A stretch of 64,000 bases of DNA, from positions 65,142 through 129,141 of the forward strand of contig DATNEA010000082.1 in assembly GCA_035606845.1 (NCBI GenBank), read 5' to 3'. The stretch comes from Candidatus Angelobacter sp. (GTDB lineage: Bacteria > Verrucomicrobiota > Verrucomicrobiia > Limisphaerales > DASXHY01). How positions within the stretch are numbered: position 1 is the stretch's first letter; every line of letters starts with the position of its first letter. Below are positions 27,267 through 36,595 of the stretch, piece after piece. Position numbers and translations under genes: made by a program. The notes under the pieces were generated by a model. It was not told the origin of the DNA. It saw only the letters and a list, made by a program, of their open reading frames with translations, and searched no databases.

Positions 27267-29265
27267 CACGTTGCAGACGATTTTCAATAAATGCAGGGAA
27301 TCTTTCTGGAAGTCGAGGCGCCCTGAAATGGCTTTTTTGATCGAGCGTATGGGATATGTCAACTGCGACGAAGCGCGGGCGACCTTGACCAAATTGGTTA
27401 TCCCATGGGAGCATTGTCCGTACGGATTACATATAGTGGCTTCATATAGCATCATCCGCCTGAGTCTTGTTCCCGGTATACCGCTTCTCGTCAAGGCTTG
27501 CTGGTGGTTTGATGGAATCCATTCATATTACCATCAGAATATTCTCTCTCTTGTGCGCAATGCTTCGGAGGAATTCAAACGGGCGTTCGCCACAGAGGCG
27601 ATGAACCTGTTAAAAGCTCCTTCTGAGAGTATCGAGCACGCTAAAGGCGCGTGCATATTGGGCTATCTCGGCGACAATCGCCTTGTCGCACACCTGGACG
27701 AGAGACTTCAGGCCAACAACAGGTTATTCGGATACGAAAACCATGCTCTTTTCGCTGTTGGAACGCAGGCTGCCACGGAAGTATTTGTGAAAGCCGCAAA
27801 TCAAACAGCAACTAAAATTGAAGCAATCCGTAAAGAAAATGAGGATGCGGCCGCCATGCTCTGGTACGATGTGGCTTTGAGGAGTGCTGATCTCCGTCAT
27901 TTAGTTACAGAACCATTTGAAAAATGTCTTTTATCTCTTATCGATAGCGGCATAACGATAGTAGTTCGTTTCGCGACAGATTTGTCATTTTCGAGCAGAC
28001 GTCCGGTTTTGCTGCGACGGATAATATTCTCGGAGAAGGAAACTGCGTCCAGATGGCTTTATGAAGACGATTTAAGCGAGGCCATACCGATTTCCGATTG
28101 GCTCGACTGGTGGGCTTCTGCAACGTCGACCACAATCAAAGCTTCCATTTTGAAATTGACAGGTAAGGTGCCAGATCTTCGCGTTGAAGATATTGCTATC
28201 GAGTGTTTGAAGGTCCCGGAGCTGCGATCCGGCGCCGCTTATGCTCTCGCACGTGCTGGGACTCTCCGATGCTTGACTCGTTTGAGAGAAACATTGAATT
28301 CTGTGGACATTAAATCTTCAGATTCTTTTTCCTTCCTCTTTAGCGCAGTTCAGGCGCTGGGCAATCTTCGCGATAAAGATGCAGTTGAGTTGCTTGGGCG
28401 AATTGCTGAAGACGAACAAAATGCCATTCGGCAATTTGCTCTCGATGCTTTGGCGAAGATCGGGACCGACGAGGCCGCTGATGTTTTGATTAACCTTTCG
28501 AAAAGCGCCAAATGTAGTGACAAACATAAGGATTTTATTATTGAATCCCTAATCGCGCACGGCAGCGCGCTTACGGTAGGGAGAGCCATTGAAATTGCAA
28601 GGGGGCGAGCTGGAGGTCCGAAATGGTTGGTTCAGCAGATAAAGTATGTGTTTAGACTCCGCGGTTGGAAAGTGGGCGAGTATTACGCCCACGTGCACGA
28701 TAAAGAACTCGTTGAATATTTAGCCTCTGCCGAAAGCAGCATGGATCCGACAGAACGAAGGGATCTGCTAAAGTCTTTTGAACAAATTGACAGTCAGAAT
28801 GTACGTCGAATTCTCTGGGTTTTCGCGAACCGGGTTGGAACGAATGAAGATGTCAAAGTGGTTCTCCTCAAAAATCATGATGGTATAATGCTCAGCTCGG
28901 AAGCGTTGGAAGAACTAATTAATAGGGCTGACGAAGGAACACTGCCTCATGTAATTGGATCAGCGTTGAGGTGCAAGGATGGGATTTTCACCCGTAATGT
29001 GGAGCGAATGGCCAAATTCCCAAGTGCCTTGATTATTCGCGAAGTAAAGAGGCAGCTTGCAGTTGCGGGCCGGCCTGCAGAGCAGACAGCTCGTCTATTA
29101 TCGATATTTGGAGCTTATGGAAACTCCACAGACATAGGTGATGCCACACCTTTTCTAGATATGCCTGATGAATCCGTCCGCAACGTTTCCTATGAAACGA
29201 CAACGCTTTTACTCGACCCCCTTCGTATTGCCGAAGGATGGAGAGAAATGTATTTTGGCGCTTGA
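27157..29265 (+). CDS. STAND gene 2, C-terminal piece: HEAT/ARM-like repeat region (continuation of 25455 in the +1 frame)
   Basis: The track start is a TTG three codons (two sense codons, GGC GAA) after an in-frame TAG. Textbook HEAT/PBS-lyase-type repeats, e.g. VQALGNLRDKDAVELLGRIAEDEQNAIRQFALDALAKIGTDEAADVLINL (about 28346-28495). Removing one G from ggg 27150-27152 fuses it to the upstream ORF as ...TRLGELDFVLPAGD... Confidence 0.8.
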   Translation: MDFVLPAGDAFAIALASHDCAKSLVLIQGRPQKFSADTLQTIFNKCRESFWKSRRPEMAFLIERMGYVNCDEARATLTKLVIPWEHCPYGLHIVASYSIIRLSLVPGIPLLVKACWWFDGIHSYYHQNILSLVRNASEEFKRAFATEAMNLLKAPSESIEHAKGACILGYLGDNRLVAHLDERLQANNRLFGYENHALFAVGTQAATEVFVKAANQTATKIEAIRKENEDAAAMLWYDVALRSADLRHLVTEPFEKCLLSLIDSGITIVVRFATDLSFSSRRPVLLRRIIFSEKETASRWLYEDDLSEAIPISDWLDWWASATSTTIKASILKLTGKVPDLRVEDIAIECLKVPELRSGAAYALARAGTLRCLTRLRETLNSVDIKSSDSFSFLFSAVQALGNLRDKDAVELLGRIAEDEQNAIRQFALDALAKIGTDEAADVLINLSKSAKCSDKHKDFIIESLIAHGSALTVGRAIEIARGRAGGPKWLVQQIKYVFRLRGWKVGEYYAHVHDKELVEYLASAESSMDPTERRDLLKSFEQIDSQNVRRILWVFANRVGTNEDVKVVLLKNHDGIMLSSEALEELINRADEGTLPHVIGSALRCKDGIFTRNVERMAKFPSALIIREVKRQLAVAGRPAEQTARLLSIFGAYGNSTDIGDATPFLDMPDESVRNVSYETTTLLLDPLRIAEGWREMYFGA

Positions 29266-29531
29266 TTTCCGATTCCAAAGTTGTGTGGAAACACAGGGCT
29301 AAAATTTTAACTTCATCTGTGTCGCAATTCATGCACTAGAATACGAGATTTAGACGGTTTGGAAAGATTCGCGAAATGCTAAAAATCGCAGCCACTCGAA
29401 GGTGCAATGTGCCTGCGCGGGCGTCGAAATTGTCTCCATGGGGCGATGAATTGACTCCGAGCAATCGGATTCCTAAGACGTCAGGGGAATTGCCTTCTGA
29501 CTCGCCCTTTTAGAACTTCCAATTATTATAT

Positions 29532-32500
29532 ATGCTTCGATTTTTTGGACCGGGACGTGTGAATACCCAACGACTCAAAATCAAAGAAGCGATTCAGGTT
29601 CTGCTTGAGGCCCAAAATCACAGGGCATTCCAAAGAATCGCCATACATCTTGCTAAGAAGAAGTGGCCGGAACTCCAGGCAACGGAAGAACAAAGCGATG
29701 GCGGCGAGGACGCCACTTCCTTCGAGGCGAGCGCAGACGGTCGCCGGCGGCGAGTTGCTGTTTCGCTCACCGGCACGCTGGCGAAGATTCGCCTGGACGC
29801 CGGACGCATTCGAGAGCGAGGCGTCAAACTTGACACTCTCGTGTTCATCACACCCGTTGCCATAAACAATGTAACCGTTGCCGAATGGGCCGAAGAAATT
29901 CTCAAGGAATTTGGGCACGAACTCCATGTCATCGAGCAAGCCGAGATTATCACGCTGCTCGAGGAACCCGAGAACCGCTGGTTGTGTAAGGATTTCTTAG
30001 GCCTCGACTTCACAATCGAGTTGCCGATCGCGCGTTTGCTGACTGCTGTGAGAACGGCTGCAGCGCAGGTCCTCAGCGGCTGGAAAGCTGCGCATCGTTT
30101 CGACGATGCAAAGGCCATTGAACTCACCCTCTTAATTTCACGAGCCCGGGAGTCTGGGAAAACGACGGATGAGGTTCATCGCGTGGGTGTTGACGATTTG
30201 TGCCGCATGGCTCTTGATCGGCGAAGAGCTGCGCTGTCCGGTGGACCCGGCGCAGGTAAAACTTTTACCTTGATTCAGAGTGCCGACGCGCTGCTCCAAA
30301 AATTAGATGGGCCGATTCCCATTCTTATCCCTCTGCCTATTTGGGCGGCATCAGGGAAGTCGCTGCTTGAGTTCATCGAGAGCCAATTTCATGGCAACGA
30401 GGCCAAGGGCGAGGATTTGGCAAAACTCTTTGCGCTAGGCCACGTGGCGCTTTTGCTTAATGGTTGGAACGAGGTGCCCGATTCTTCTGTCGAACGGACT
30501 GCTTCCGAATTAAACGCGTTGGCGTTGCACTACCCAAGCCTTTCCATCTTCATATCAACGCGCAATTCAAGGTCATCTCTGCCCCTTGCTGCCGATGTTG
30601 ATATTTACGTCGCTCCGCTGTCGCGCGAACAAAAGGTGGCGATGGTGAAGAAAACTGGCCATCAAAGCCCTGAGGCGTTTGAGCGCGAATTGGAATCGAA
30701 TCACGCTCTTGCAACCATTACGGGGACGCCGTTATTTCTTAGTGCTGCAATTGCGATCTCGCTCTCCGGTGAAAAGCTTTTGCAGACGCGATATGGCCTT
30801 TTGGCACAGGTCATCGAACATTTTGAAAAGAGTAACGAGCATGCAGGGGCTCTGAGAAATCCTCCGTGTAGCTCTTTTCACCGGCGCTACCTTGAAGCGA
30901 TCGCGCTGAAAATGACGCAAGATGGAGGGACGACCCTCACGTTCGACGAAGCAACGTCTGTGATCGCTCAGTGCACGGTGGTGCTTCGCGCCGAGGGGCA
31001 CTTTGAAAAAGCCCCGAATTCCGCAGAAGTGTTGGATTGTTTGGTGCGGCATCATCTCCTCGTGCTCTCACCCCTATCCCCGGGGTCTTATCGTTTCATT
31101 CACCAGCAATTTCAGGAGTGGTTTGCTGCGGAAGCCTTGCGGCGCATTATCGCGGCGCTTGGCGGCAACCCTGACCAGGAGAAGGTGTTCGCTTTTCAGC
31201 GCGACTTTTTAAACCGCTTCCAATGGCAAGAGCCGCTGGCATTCCTGCTTGACCGATTGGCAACCGGGGGCGAAGCAGAAATTTCCACCGCTGCGAACAT
31301 CATTCATTGGGCCATGCTCGTGAACCTGTCGATTGCAGCAGAGCTCGCGGGGGTTGCCGGAGAGAAGGTCTGGGAAAAGGTGTGCGATGAATTGGGAAAG
31401 GCATTACGGGCTTGGTTTGAGAAAAGCGGGAAAGACTGCCGCGGCCCTGCGCTGGCTGCCATGCTTGCTACCGGCAGCTCCGACTTTCAGGATATCATAT
31501 GGCCGCTCATCGAATCGAACTCCCAGAACACGCGGCTTTTTACCTATCGCCTGTGGCGGCCCTTTCCCCTCTCATCGTTGGGACCGAAGTGGAAGGAAAG
31601 ATTTATCAAATGGGACAGCAAGCAAAAGATTGAATTCCTCCATCAGTTTTCGTGGGAACCGCGTCGGGAACACGTTTTCCTCGCCGAAGAATTGTTAAGG
31701 GGCGCAGAGCCGCCCGAAGTGAAATTCGTGTGCTTTGAAGTGCTGCTTAACTTTGGCGCCTATGATCTCATCCTCACCCTTTCAAAAAATGCCGAGGTAA
31801 AGGAATGGCCTAAGGGATTCGCGAAGCACATTTTGTTTAGTCTGCCTCGTCGCTATCTCGCTCCGCTTCTCATGAAAGCCAAAGCGGCACTGCCTTCCAT
31901 TCAATCAATTGGTGCGCGCCACGCGATCATCGCAACGCTTAAAAGGAATGACGATGCTGATTGGCTAGATTTGATGAAGCACGAGGTTCAGTCTTTACTA
32001 AGCAACGAGGAACTGGATTTCCGGGCGCTGAATGACTACCCGCAACGATTCGGCTCAAAGCCAAAGCCAAACGCCGGACCTTATTTGGCTGAGTTTCTCT
32101 CAGCGATTGCGGAGAAAGATCCGGAATGGGTTTCTGCTTTCGTGGCAGAGACAATGACGAAGGGACGTCTCTGGAACGATCCGTTTTTGAATTATCTTCT
32201 CAAAATGAGCGCCGGCGAAGCGGAGCGCGTGACTGAAGCGGCCCTGCAGAAGGATCTTGAGCCGGGTTTGACCCGCTCGCGGTGCGCTGTCCTCGCTCCG
32301 GTTGGCTCGTTTATTTTTGCAAAGGCTTTGCTCACGAATTTCTTGGCATATGAGACCAACAAGGGGAAAATGCCGAACCGCAGCCCGATGGATCGAGGAG
32401 ATGCGTTGCGAAACGCGATTCAAGCGCTTCCCATCAACTGTCTCGCCGACGCAGTCCTCGATGTGGCAAAAGGCAACCGCGATGCTGGATCAGTCCGCAG

Positions 32501-34133
32501 TATCGTAAAGCTCTTATCACAATTGCCTCTCATGGAGGCATCCGTCGAACGGAAGACAGCGTTACGTTCGCTCGCACTCGAAGTCGCTAAGGAAACAGCT
32601 GCTGATGCAGACGAGCGTGAATGGATTCATGCCGAGCTCGCGGACATTCTTGGCCGAGTTGGGCAGCCGGGCGATGCGCAAATAATCGAAAAATGGCTTC
32701 TCGAAGATGTTAGACGCATGACCGAGGCGGCCGAGCGGCAACAAGCGGCATTACAAAAGTGGATGTCGGAAGGGCGTAAGGGACCTCATCCGAACAGGGT
32801 CATGCCTCTCTATTTGTGGAACTATTATCAGCGGGCGCTTATTCAATTTGGAGGTAAGGAAGCTGCGGACGCTTTCATTCGGCTGTTGGAGGCGCCTTCC
32901 CTTCTGGGAGACGCAGCTGGTGGACTTTATTCATTAAGTCGCGATGCCAATGGAAAGCGCGATTCGGGTTTCGGGAACCGTCCGGACTATGCCGGTGTTT
33001 GGCAACGGCAGCAGAGCAGTGTTGCCCAAACTGGAACTGCTAAGAATTACGTGGACAAAATTTTCAATGCCATCCAACGTGACTTGCCGGAGTTTGAGAA
33101 AAATGGATCAGGGTATCTAAAGAACGGTCTCCTCAGCGCTGTCTCGGTCCTTGCTGCGCTGAATGATCTGCGGGCAATTCCTCTTCTAACGCGCTTCGCA
33201 TCCGAGAAATATTCTTCTGGGATGGTGATGAATGGATTTCACACACTCATGCTTCAGGGAACTGTTCTCTCAGGCGATGAGATGACAGCCTTTTTGGATC
33301 GGTTCATTGAGGAACAAGAAAAAGAACACCGCAGCTCAAATAATGATACGTGGTATCTAGTGGTGCGGGCGATCGCGATACTTCTCTTCAGCGACAAACC
33401 AGCCTTGGGCATTGCGCGCATTCGTAAATTACCGGAATACAGGCTGAAGAATTATTCTGTTCGTGACGTGTTAGGCCTGCTTGGGGCCTCTCAAGTGCCA
33501 GAGGCAATCGACCTCATTGTCGAGCTCGCACTCAAACCGGAAATCAACGAACACTACATGTATGAGGTGGCAACCGTGTTGTCGAAGAGCCACAATCCGG
33601 CGGCCGAGGGAGCCCTCGTCAAGCTCCTGGATAAATTCTGTTCTGGAGAATTAAACTCACACGACGCGCACTCTCATTTTCCGAAAGCATTCGCTCAAGC
33701 GGCGAAAAGCGAAGGAAGGATTTGGCAGGAAATAAAGCGGAGATGCGCAAATGTGGGATCGACGCACGAGCGCAAGGTATTGCTTTCCATTCTTAGCGAA
33801 GCCGATGGGCTGGATATATCTGGTTGTCTTTGCGATTTAATCGACCCCGAACTCCCCTTCGGCTACGCGGCTGAGCATGTAATTGAAGAAAGCGTCACAA
33901 GGAGAGTGCCCGCCGGCGGGACCTCCTGTTACATCAAACCGCGCGAAGCGTCGGACTTCAAAAAGCGGCTAATTAATATCGCCAACTCCGATGTCAACCG
34001 GAAGGCGAGCGCCACTCGTCTGCTGGATATAATTGGCCGTGTTCGGACCGAATACGGTTGGCCCGCAAATGAGCCATTCCATCCTGATATTGAGTTGTTG
34101 AAGAAGCTTGGCGGTCCGTGGGAGCTGTTTTAG
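29532..34133 (+). CDS. STAND gene 3 (1533 aa): degenerate Mrr-like N-domain, NACHT-type NTPase with an Asn-substituted Walker B, and a very long helical/HEAT-like repeat region
   Basis: FQRIAIHLAKKKWPELQATEEQSDGGEDA...VAVSLTG. Walker A LSGGPGAGKTFTL (30240-30263). HVALLLNGWNEV sits where NACHT has hhhhDGhDE. Also SIFISTRNS and winged-helix YRFIHQQFQEWFAAEAL, followed by more than 1000 aa of helical repeats. Confidence 0.85.
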   Translation: MLRFFGPGRVNTQRLKIKEAIQVLLEAQNHRAFQRIAIHLAKKKWPELQATEEQSDGGEDATSFEASADGRRRRVAVSLTGTLAKIRLDAGRIRERGVKLDTLVFITPVAINNVTVAEWAEEILKEFGHELHVIEQAEIITLLEEPENRWLCKDFLGLDFTIELPIARLLTAVRTAAAQVLSGWKAAHRFDDAKAIELTLLISRARESGKTTDEVHRVGVDDLCRMALDRRRAALSGGPGAGKTFTLIQSADALLQKLDGPIPILIPLPIWAASGKSLLEFIESQFHGNEAKGEDLAKLFALGHVALLLNGWNEVPDSSVERTASELNALALHYPSLSIFISTRNSRSSLPLAADVDIYVAPLSREQKVAMVKKTGHQSPEAFERELESNHALATITGTPLFLSAAIAISLSGEKLLQTRYGLLAQVIEHFEKSNEHAGALRNPPCSSFHRRYLEAIALKMTQDGGTTLTFDEATSVIAQCTVVLRAEGHFEKAPNSAEVLDCLVRHHLLVLSPLSPGSYRFIHQQFQEWFAAEALRRIIAALGGNPDQEKVFAFQRDFLNRFQWQEPLAFLLDRLATGGEAEISTAANIIHWAMLVNLSIAAELAGVAGEKVWEKVCDELGKALRAWFEKSGKDCRGPALAAMLATGSSDFQDIIWPLIESNSQNTRLFTYRLWRPFPLSSLGPKWKERFIKWDSKQKIEFLHQFSWEPRREHVFLAEELLRGAEPPEVKFVCFEVLLNFGAYDLILTLSKNAEVKEWPKGFAKHILFSLPRRYLAPLLMKAKAALPSIQSIGARHAIIATLKRNDDADWLDLMKHEVQSLLSNEELDFRALNDYPQRFGSKPKPNAGPYLAEFLSAIAEKDPEWVSAFVAETMTKGRLWNDPFLNYLLKMSAGEAERVTEAALQKDLEPGLTRSRCAVLAPVGSFIFAKALLTNFLAYETNKGKMPNRSPMDRGDALRNAIQALPINCLADAVLDVAKGNRDAGSVRSIVKLLSQLPLMEASVERKTALRSLALEVAKETAADADEREWIHAELADILGRVGQPGDAQIIEKWLLEDVRRMTEAAERQQAALQKWMSEGRKGPHPNRVMPLYLWNYYQRALIQFGGKEAADAFIRLLEAPSLLGDAAGGLYSLSRDANGKRDSGFGNRPDYAGVWQRQQSSVAQTGTAKNYVDKIFNAIQRDLPEFEKNGSGYLKNGLLSAVSVLAALNDLRAIPLLTRFASEKYSSGMVMNGFHTLMLQGTVLSGDEMTAFLDRFIEEQEKEHRSSNNDTWYLVVRAIAILLFSDKPALGIARIRKLPEYRLKNYSVRDVLGLLGASQVPEAIDLIVELALKPEINEHYMYEVATVLSKSHNPAAEGALVKLLDKFCSGELNSHDAHSHFPKAFAQAAKSEGRIWQEIKRRCANVGSTHERKVLLSILSEADGLDISGCLCDLIDPELPFGYAAEHVIEESVTRRVPAGGTSCYIKPREASDFKKRLINIANSDVNRKASATRLLDIIGRVRTEYGWPANEPFHPDIELLKKLGGPWELF

Positions 34134-34394
34134 CAAGCGAATCAAAAGGGCAATTGGCGTCCGTATCTCTACGGGAATCGAAGTGCCTTTGTTGTTTTTC
34201 GTGGCGAGTTTCCTTAAGGAGCAAATATTCCATTTAGCAGGACGTATTTTTTGTTCCACGGGTTTTATCGTTACGTTTCGGGCAACGTCAAAGGATTGGG
34301 GGCGATTCCGGAGGTGGTGTTTTGATGCTACTACCAATTAGTCGCCATGATGGAGGCACAAGTTGAATCGTCTTTCGCGGCCGGATGTCCATTG

Positions 34395-34520
34395 TTTCGA
34401 CCCGGCCATGGACTTAACTCCTAGCGTTGCAGCGCCAAGAAGTTACAAATGGAGCAGGGGAGGGTTTCAGTAAAAGCTCCAGTGTTTTCGATTCCCCGAA
34501 CGGGTTTCTTCTGTGAGGTG
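34395..34520 (+). repeat. copy A of the tRNA-3-prime-end plus trailer repeat
   Basis: 34398-34488 aligns without gaps to 43515-43605 at 76 of 91 positions (hand count). Weaker similarity continues for about 30 nt more. Confidence 0.8.
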
Positions 34521-34758
34521 GCGAGTTGATTTAACGCAGGATTGAAAAAGTCCGAATTGGCTGACGCAAAACGGCAGAAAGTATGGCGGGGAGTGGCATA
34601 CGGGCAGAAAGCACGGACAGCGGATAATCACCGTTGACAAACGTGGAGCAAGTGGAGCGGCTGACAGTTTCACTGACAATGGAAGATTGCAGTGAGAGTG
34701 TGGGCAAAACGCTGGCCATTAGAGGCTGAGAGGAGAGGGGCGGATCGAACTGTTGTCC

Positions 34759-35532
34759 CTACCACAGCAAGGCGGAGTGCTGCTTGAGCCATTTTTCGGC
34801 CAAATGATAGTCAGGACAGACTTGCTTAACTTCCCGCCAATATCGGGCCGAATGATTCATCTGACGCAAATGCATCAATTCATGAAGGATAATGTAATCG
34901 CGAACGAATTCCGGCGTTTGTATCAATCTCCAGTTAAGCGAAATTGTGCCTCGCCGTGAGCATGACCCCCATCGAGACCGTTGATTGCGGACAGTGATTT
35001 GATTGACCGTCAATTGGTGGATTGCCGCGTGTTCGAAAACTTTTGGAGGAAATTCTTTCGCTGCCATGCGCCAGAGGTGCTTTTCGATTGCCGGGCGAAG
35101 ATCAGTCTCAGAACGGGATATCTTAATCTGTTCACTCCCGAATCGGACAACGATGTTCTCCCCATTTGTTTCCGTTTCGATTTTCACTGGCTTCCCCTGA
35201 AAATAAAATTCCTTTCCCGGCAGCCACTTTTCCTGCCCGTTGGAATGTCCATCCGATCGCAGCAATTGTCGTTCAAGCCATGCTGAATTGCGTTCGGCGA
35301 ACCGGCGAGCTTCCGATTCGGAACCGCCTCGCGGAACGGTCACTCTCGCCGCGCCGTTCGGACGCAGTCGAAGCACGTAACGGCGGGCGCGAGGATTTCG
35401 CACCAGAACCAGAGGAATTCGGCGACTGCCGATCGTCAGGAATTCCTCTAGCGAGGATTTTCTGTGAGGTCTTGAGAAAAAATCGAACTGCACCTGCTGA
35501 GTAGAGATAACGCGACTCAGTTTGGCAAACAA
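34759..35532 (-). CDS. YgjP-like metal-dependent hydrolase (DUF45/WLM-like, HExxH)
   Basis: RSRWGSCSRRGTISLNWRLIQTPEFVRDYIILHELMHLRQMNHS is the hallmark DUF45 C-terminal region with HELMH. Confidence 0.8.
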   Translation of the reverse strand: MFAKLSRVISTQQVQFDFFSRPHRKSSLEEFLTIGSRRIPLVLVRNPRARRYVLRLRPNGAARVTVPRGGSESEARRFAERNSAWLERQLLRSDGHSNGQEKWLPGKEFYFQGKPVKIETETNGENIVVRFGSEQIKISRSETDLRPAIEKHLWRMAAKEFPPKVFEHAAIHQLTVNQITVRNQRSRWGSCSRRGTISLNWRLIQTPEFVRDYIILHELMHLRQMNHSARYWREVKQVCPDYHLAEKWLKQHSALLW

Positions 35533-35561
35533 TTCAGTAAGATTTTAGTTTAAGTTGAAAC

Positions 35562-36503
35562 ATGGCCACCATTGGCAAGCGCAATATTCTCACGGTTGTT
35601 CGAGGTTCAAGTCCAGGTCTTTACCTGGATGGCGACGAGGACGGGGAGATTCTCTTGCCGAATCGCTATGTGCCGCAAGGGATCAAAATGGGCGGCCAAA
35701 TTGAAGTCTTTGTTTACCGCGATTCGGAGGGCCGATTGGTAGCCACCACAGAAACTCCGCGCGCCACGGTGGGGGAGGTCGCGACGTTAAAAAGTGATCG
35801 GCATCAATCGTCAGGTAGGAGCGTTTTTGGATTGGAGCCTGGCCAAGGATTTATTGTTGCCCTTCCGGGAGCAGACTGGTCCGGTTCGCCCGGGCCAGAT
35901 TGTGGTCGTGCGCATTTATATCGATCAAAAAACCAGAGAATTGTCGCCTCAATGAAACTCGACCGAAATCCAGCGGTTGAACCGCCCGACTATCGATCCG
36001 GCCAACCAGTGGAATTTCTCATAACAGAAAAAACCGACTTGGGCTACAAGGCTTTGGTGGAAGGCAAGCATTCCGGTTTGATTTACCATGATGGTCTTTC
36101 CGTTCCGGTTGCAGTTGGAAAGCAACTTAAGGGTTTTGTGCGAGCGTTTCGGCCCGACGGCAAGATTGATTTAACCCTCAATCAGCCAGGTTATCGCCGC
36201 GTGGCGCCGCTGGCGCTGCGAATTGTCGAGGCTCTCCAGCATAATGGAGGACGATTGGATGTTGACGACGACAGTTCGCCTGAAGCAATTCGCCAGGCTT
36301 TTGGTGCCAGCAAGAAAGCGTTCAAACAGGCGTTGGGCACGCTTTATAAAGCGCGGCGAATACGTTTTTCCAAACCGGGTATAGAGCTTCTGGATAACAC
36401 GACGTCGTCACCTGGCGTGCCCGCTTCGACCCAGAAGACAACACTCAAAAACAGTCCAGGGGCCATTTCCAGGGAAGGTAGCGTGTTGAAAAAACTTCGA
36501 TAA
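35562..36503 (+). CDS. cvfB: CvfB/YitL-family S1-like RNA-binding protein; the ORF stays open but about 47 internal codons are read out of frame
   Basis: The N- and C-terminal parts fit the CvfB family (LLPNRYVP..., GFVRAFRPDGKIDLTLNQPGY, winged-helix tail). The family hallmark VGAFLDWSLAKDLLLPFREQ appears only in the +1 frame between an A5 run (35789-35793) and an A6 run (35927-35932). Confidence 0.75.
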   Translation: MATIGKRNILTVVRGSSPGLYLDGDEDGEILLPNRYVPQGIKMGGQIEVFVYRDSEGRLVATTETPRATVGEVATLKSDRHQSSGRSVFGLEPGQGFIVALPGADWSGSPGPDCGRAHLYRSKNQRIVASMKLDRNPAVEPPDYRSGQPVEFLITEKTDLGYKALVEGKHSGLIYHDGLSVPVAVGKQLKGFVRAFRPDGKIDLTLNQPGYRRVAPLALRIVEALQHNGGRLDVDDDSSPEAIRQAFGASKKAFKQALGTLYKARRIRFSKPGIELLDNTTSSPGVPASTQKTTLKNSPGAISREGSVLKKLR

Positions 36504-36595
36504 ACACTCGCTATTCTCTTTGCATCCAGGCTATTTCAGGCTTAACTCGTTGGCCCCACAACTTAAAGGGGAATCAAAATCGAATAAGAATTATT

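Larger units (their letters stand above)
19404..34414. mobile_element. tRNA-Thr-associated genomic island (integrase plus three NLR-like STAND genes), bounded by candidate attL (tRNA 3-prime end) and a degenerate attR-like copy
   Basis: The integrase lies next to the tRNA 3-prime end. A degenerate repeat of the tRNA 3-prime end (ttcga-cccggccat-gg) sits at 34396-34412, just after the last cargo gene. By eye the cargo looks more AT-rich than the chromosome beyond 45 kb. Confidence 0.55.

Noticed and set aside
29526-30127. 137-169-aa minus-strand ORFs antisense to the start of STAND gene 3. Similar antisense ORFs occur inside the relaxase (11181-11792), the SNF2 gene (39678-40271, 41179-41748), the CNNM/GNAT genes (45400-46281), the P-type ATPase (several), the SLC13 gene (58307-58933), the M20 gene (59936-60631) and the BudC/FGE genes (62629-63339).
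   Set aside because: They are shadow ORFs on the opposite strand of genes with strong family signatures, and their translations lack motifs and are compositionally skewed.
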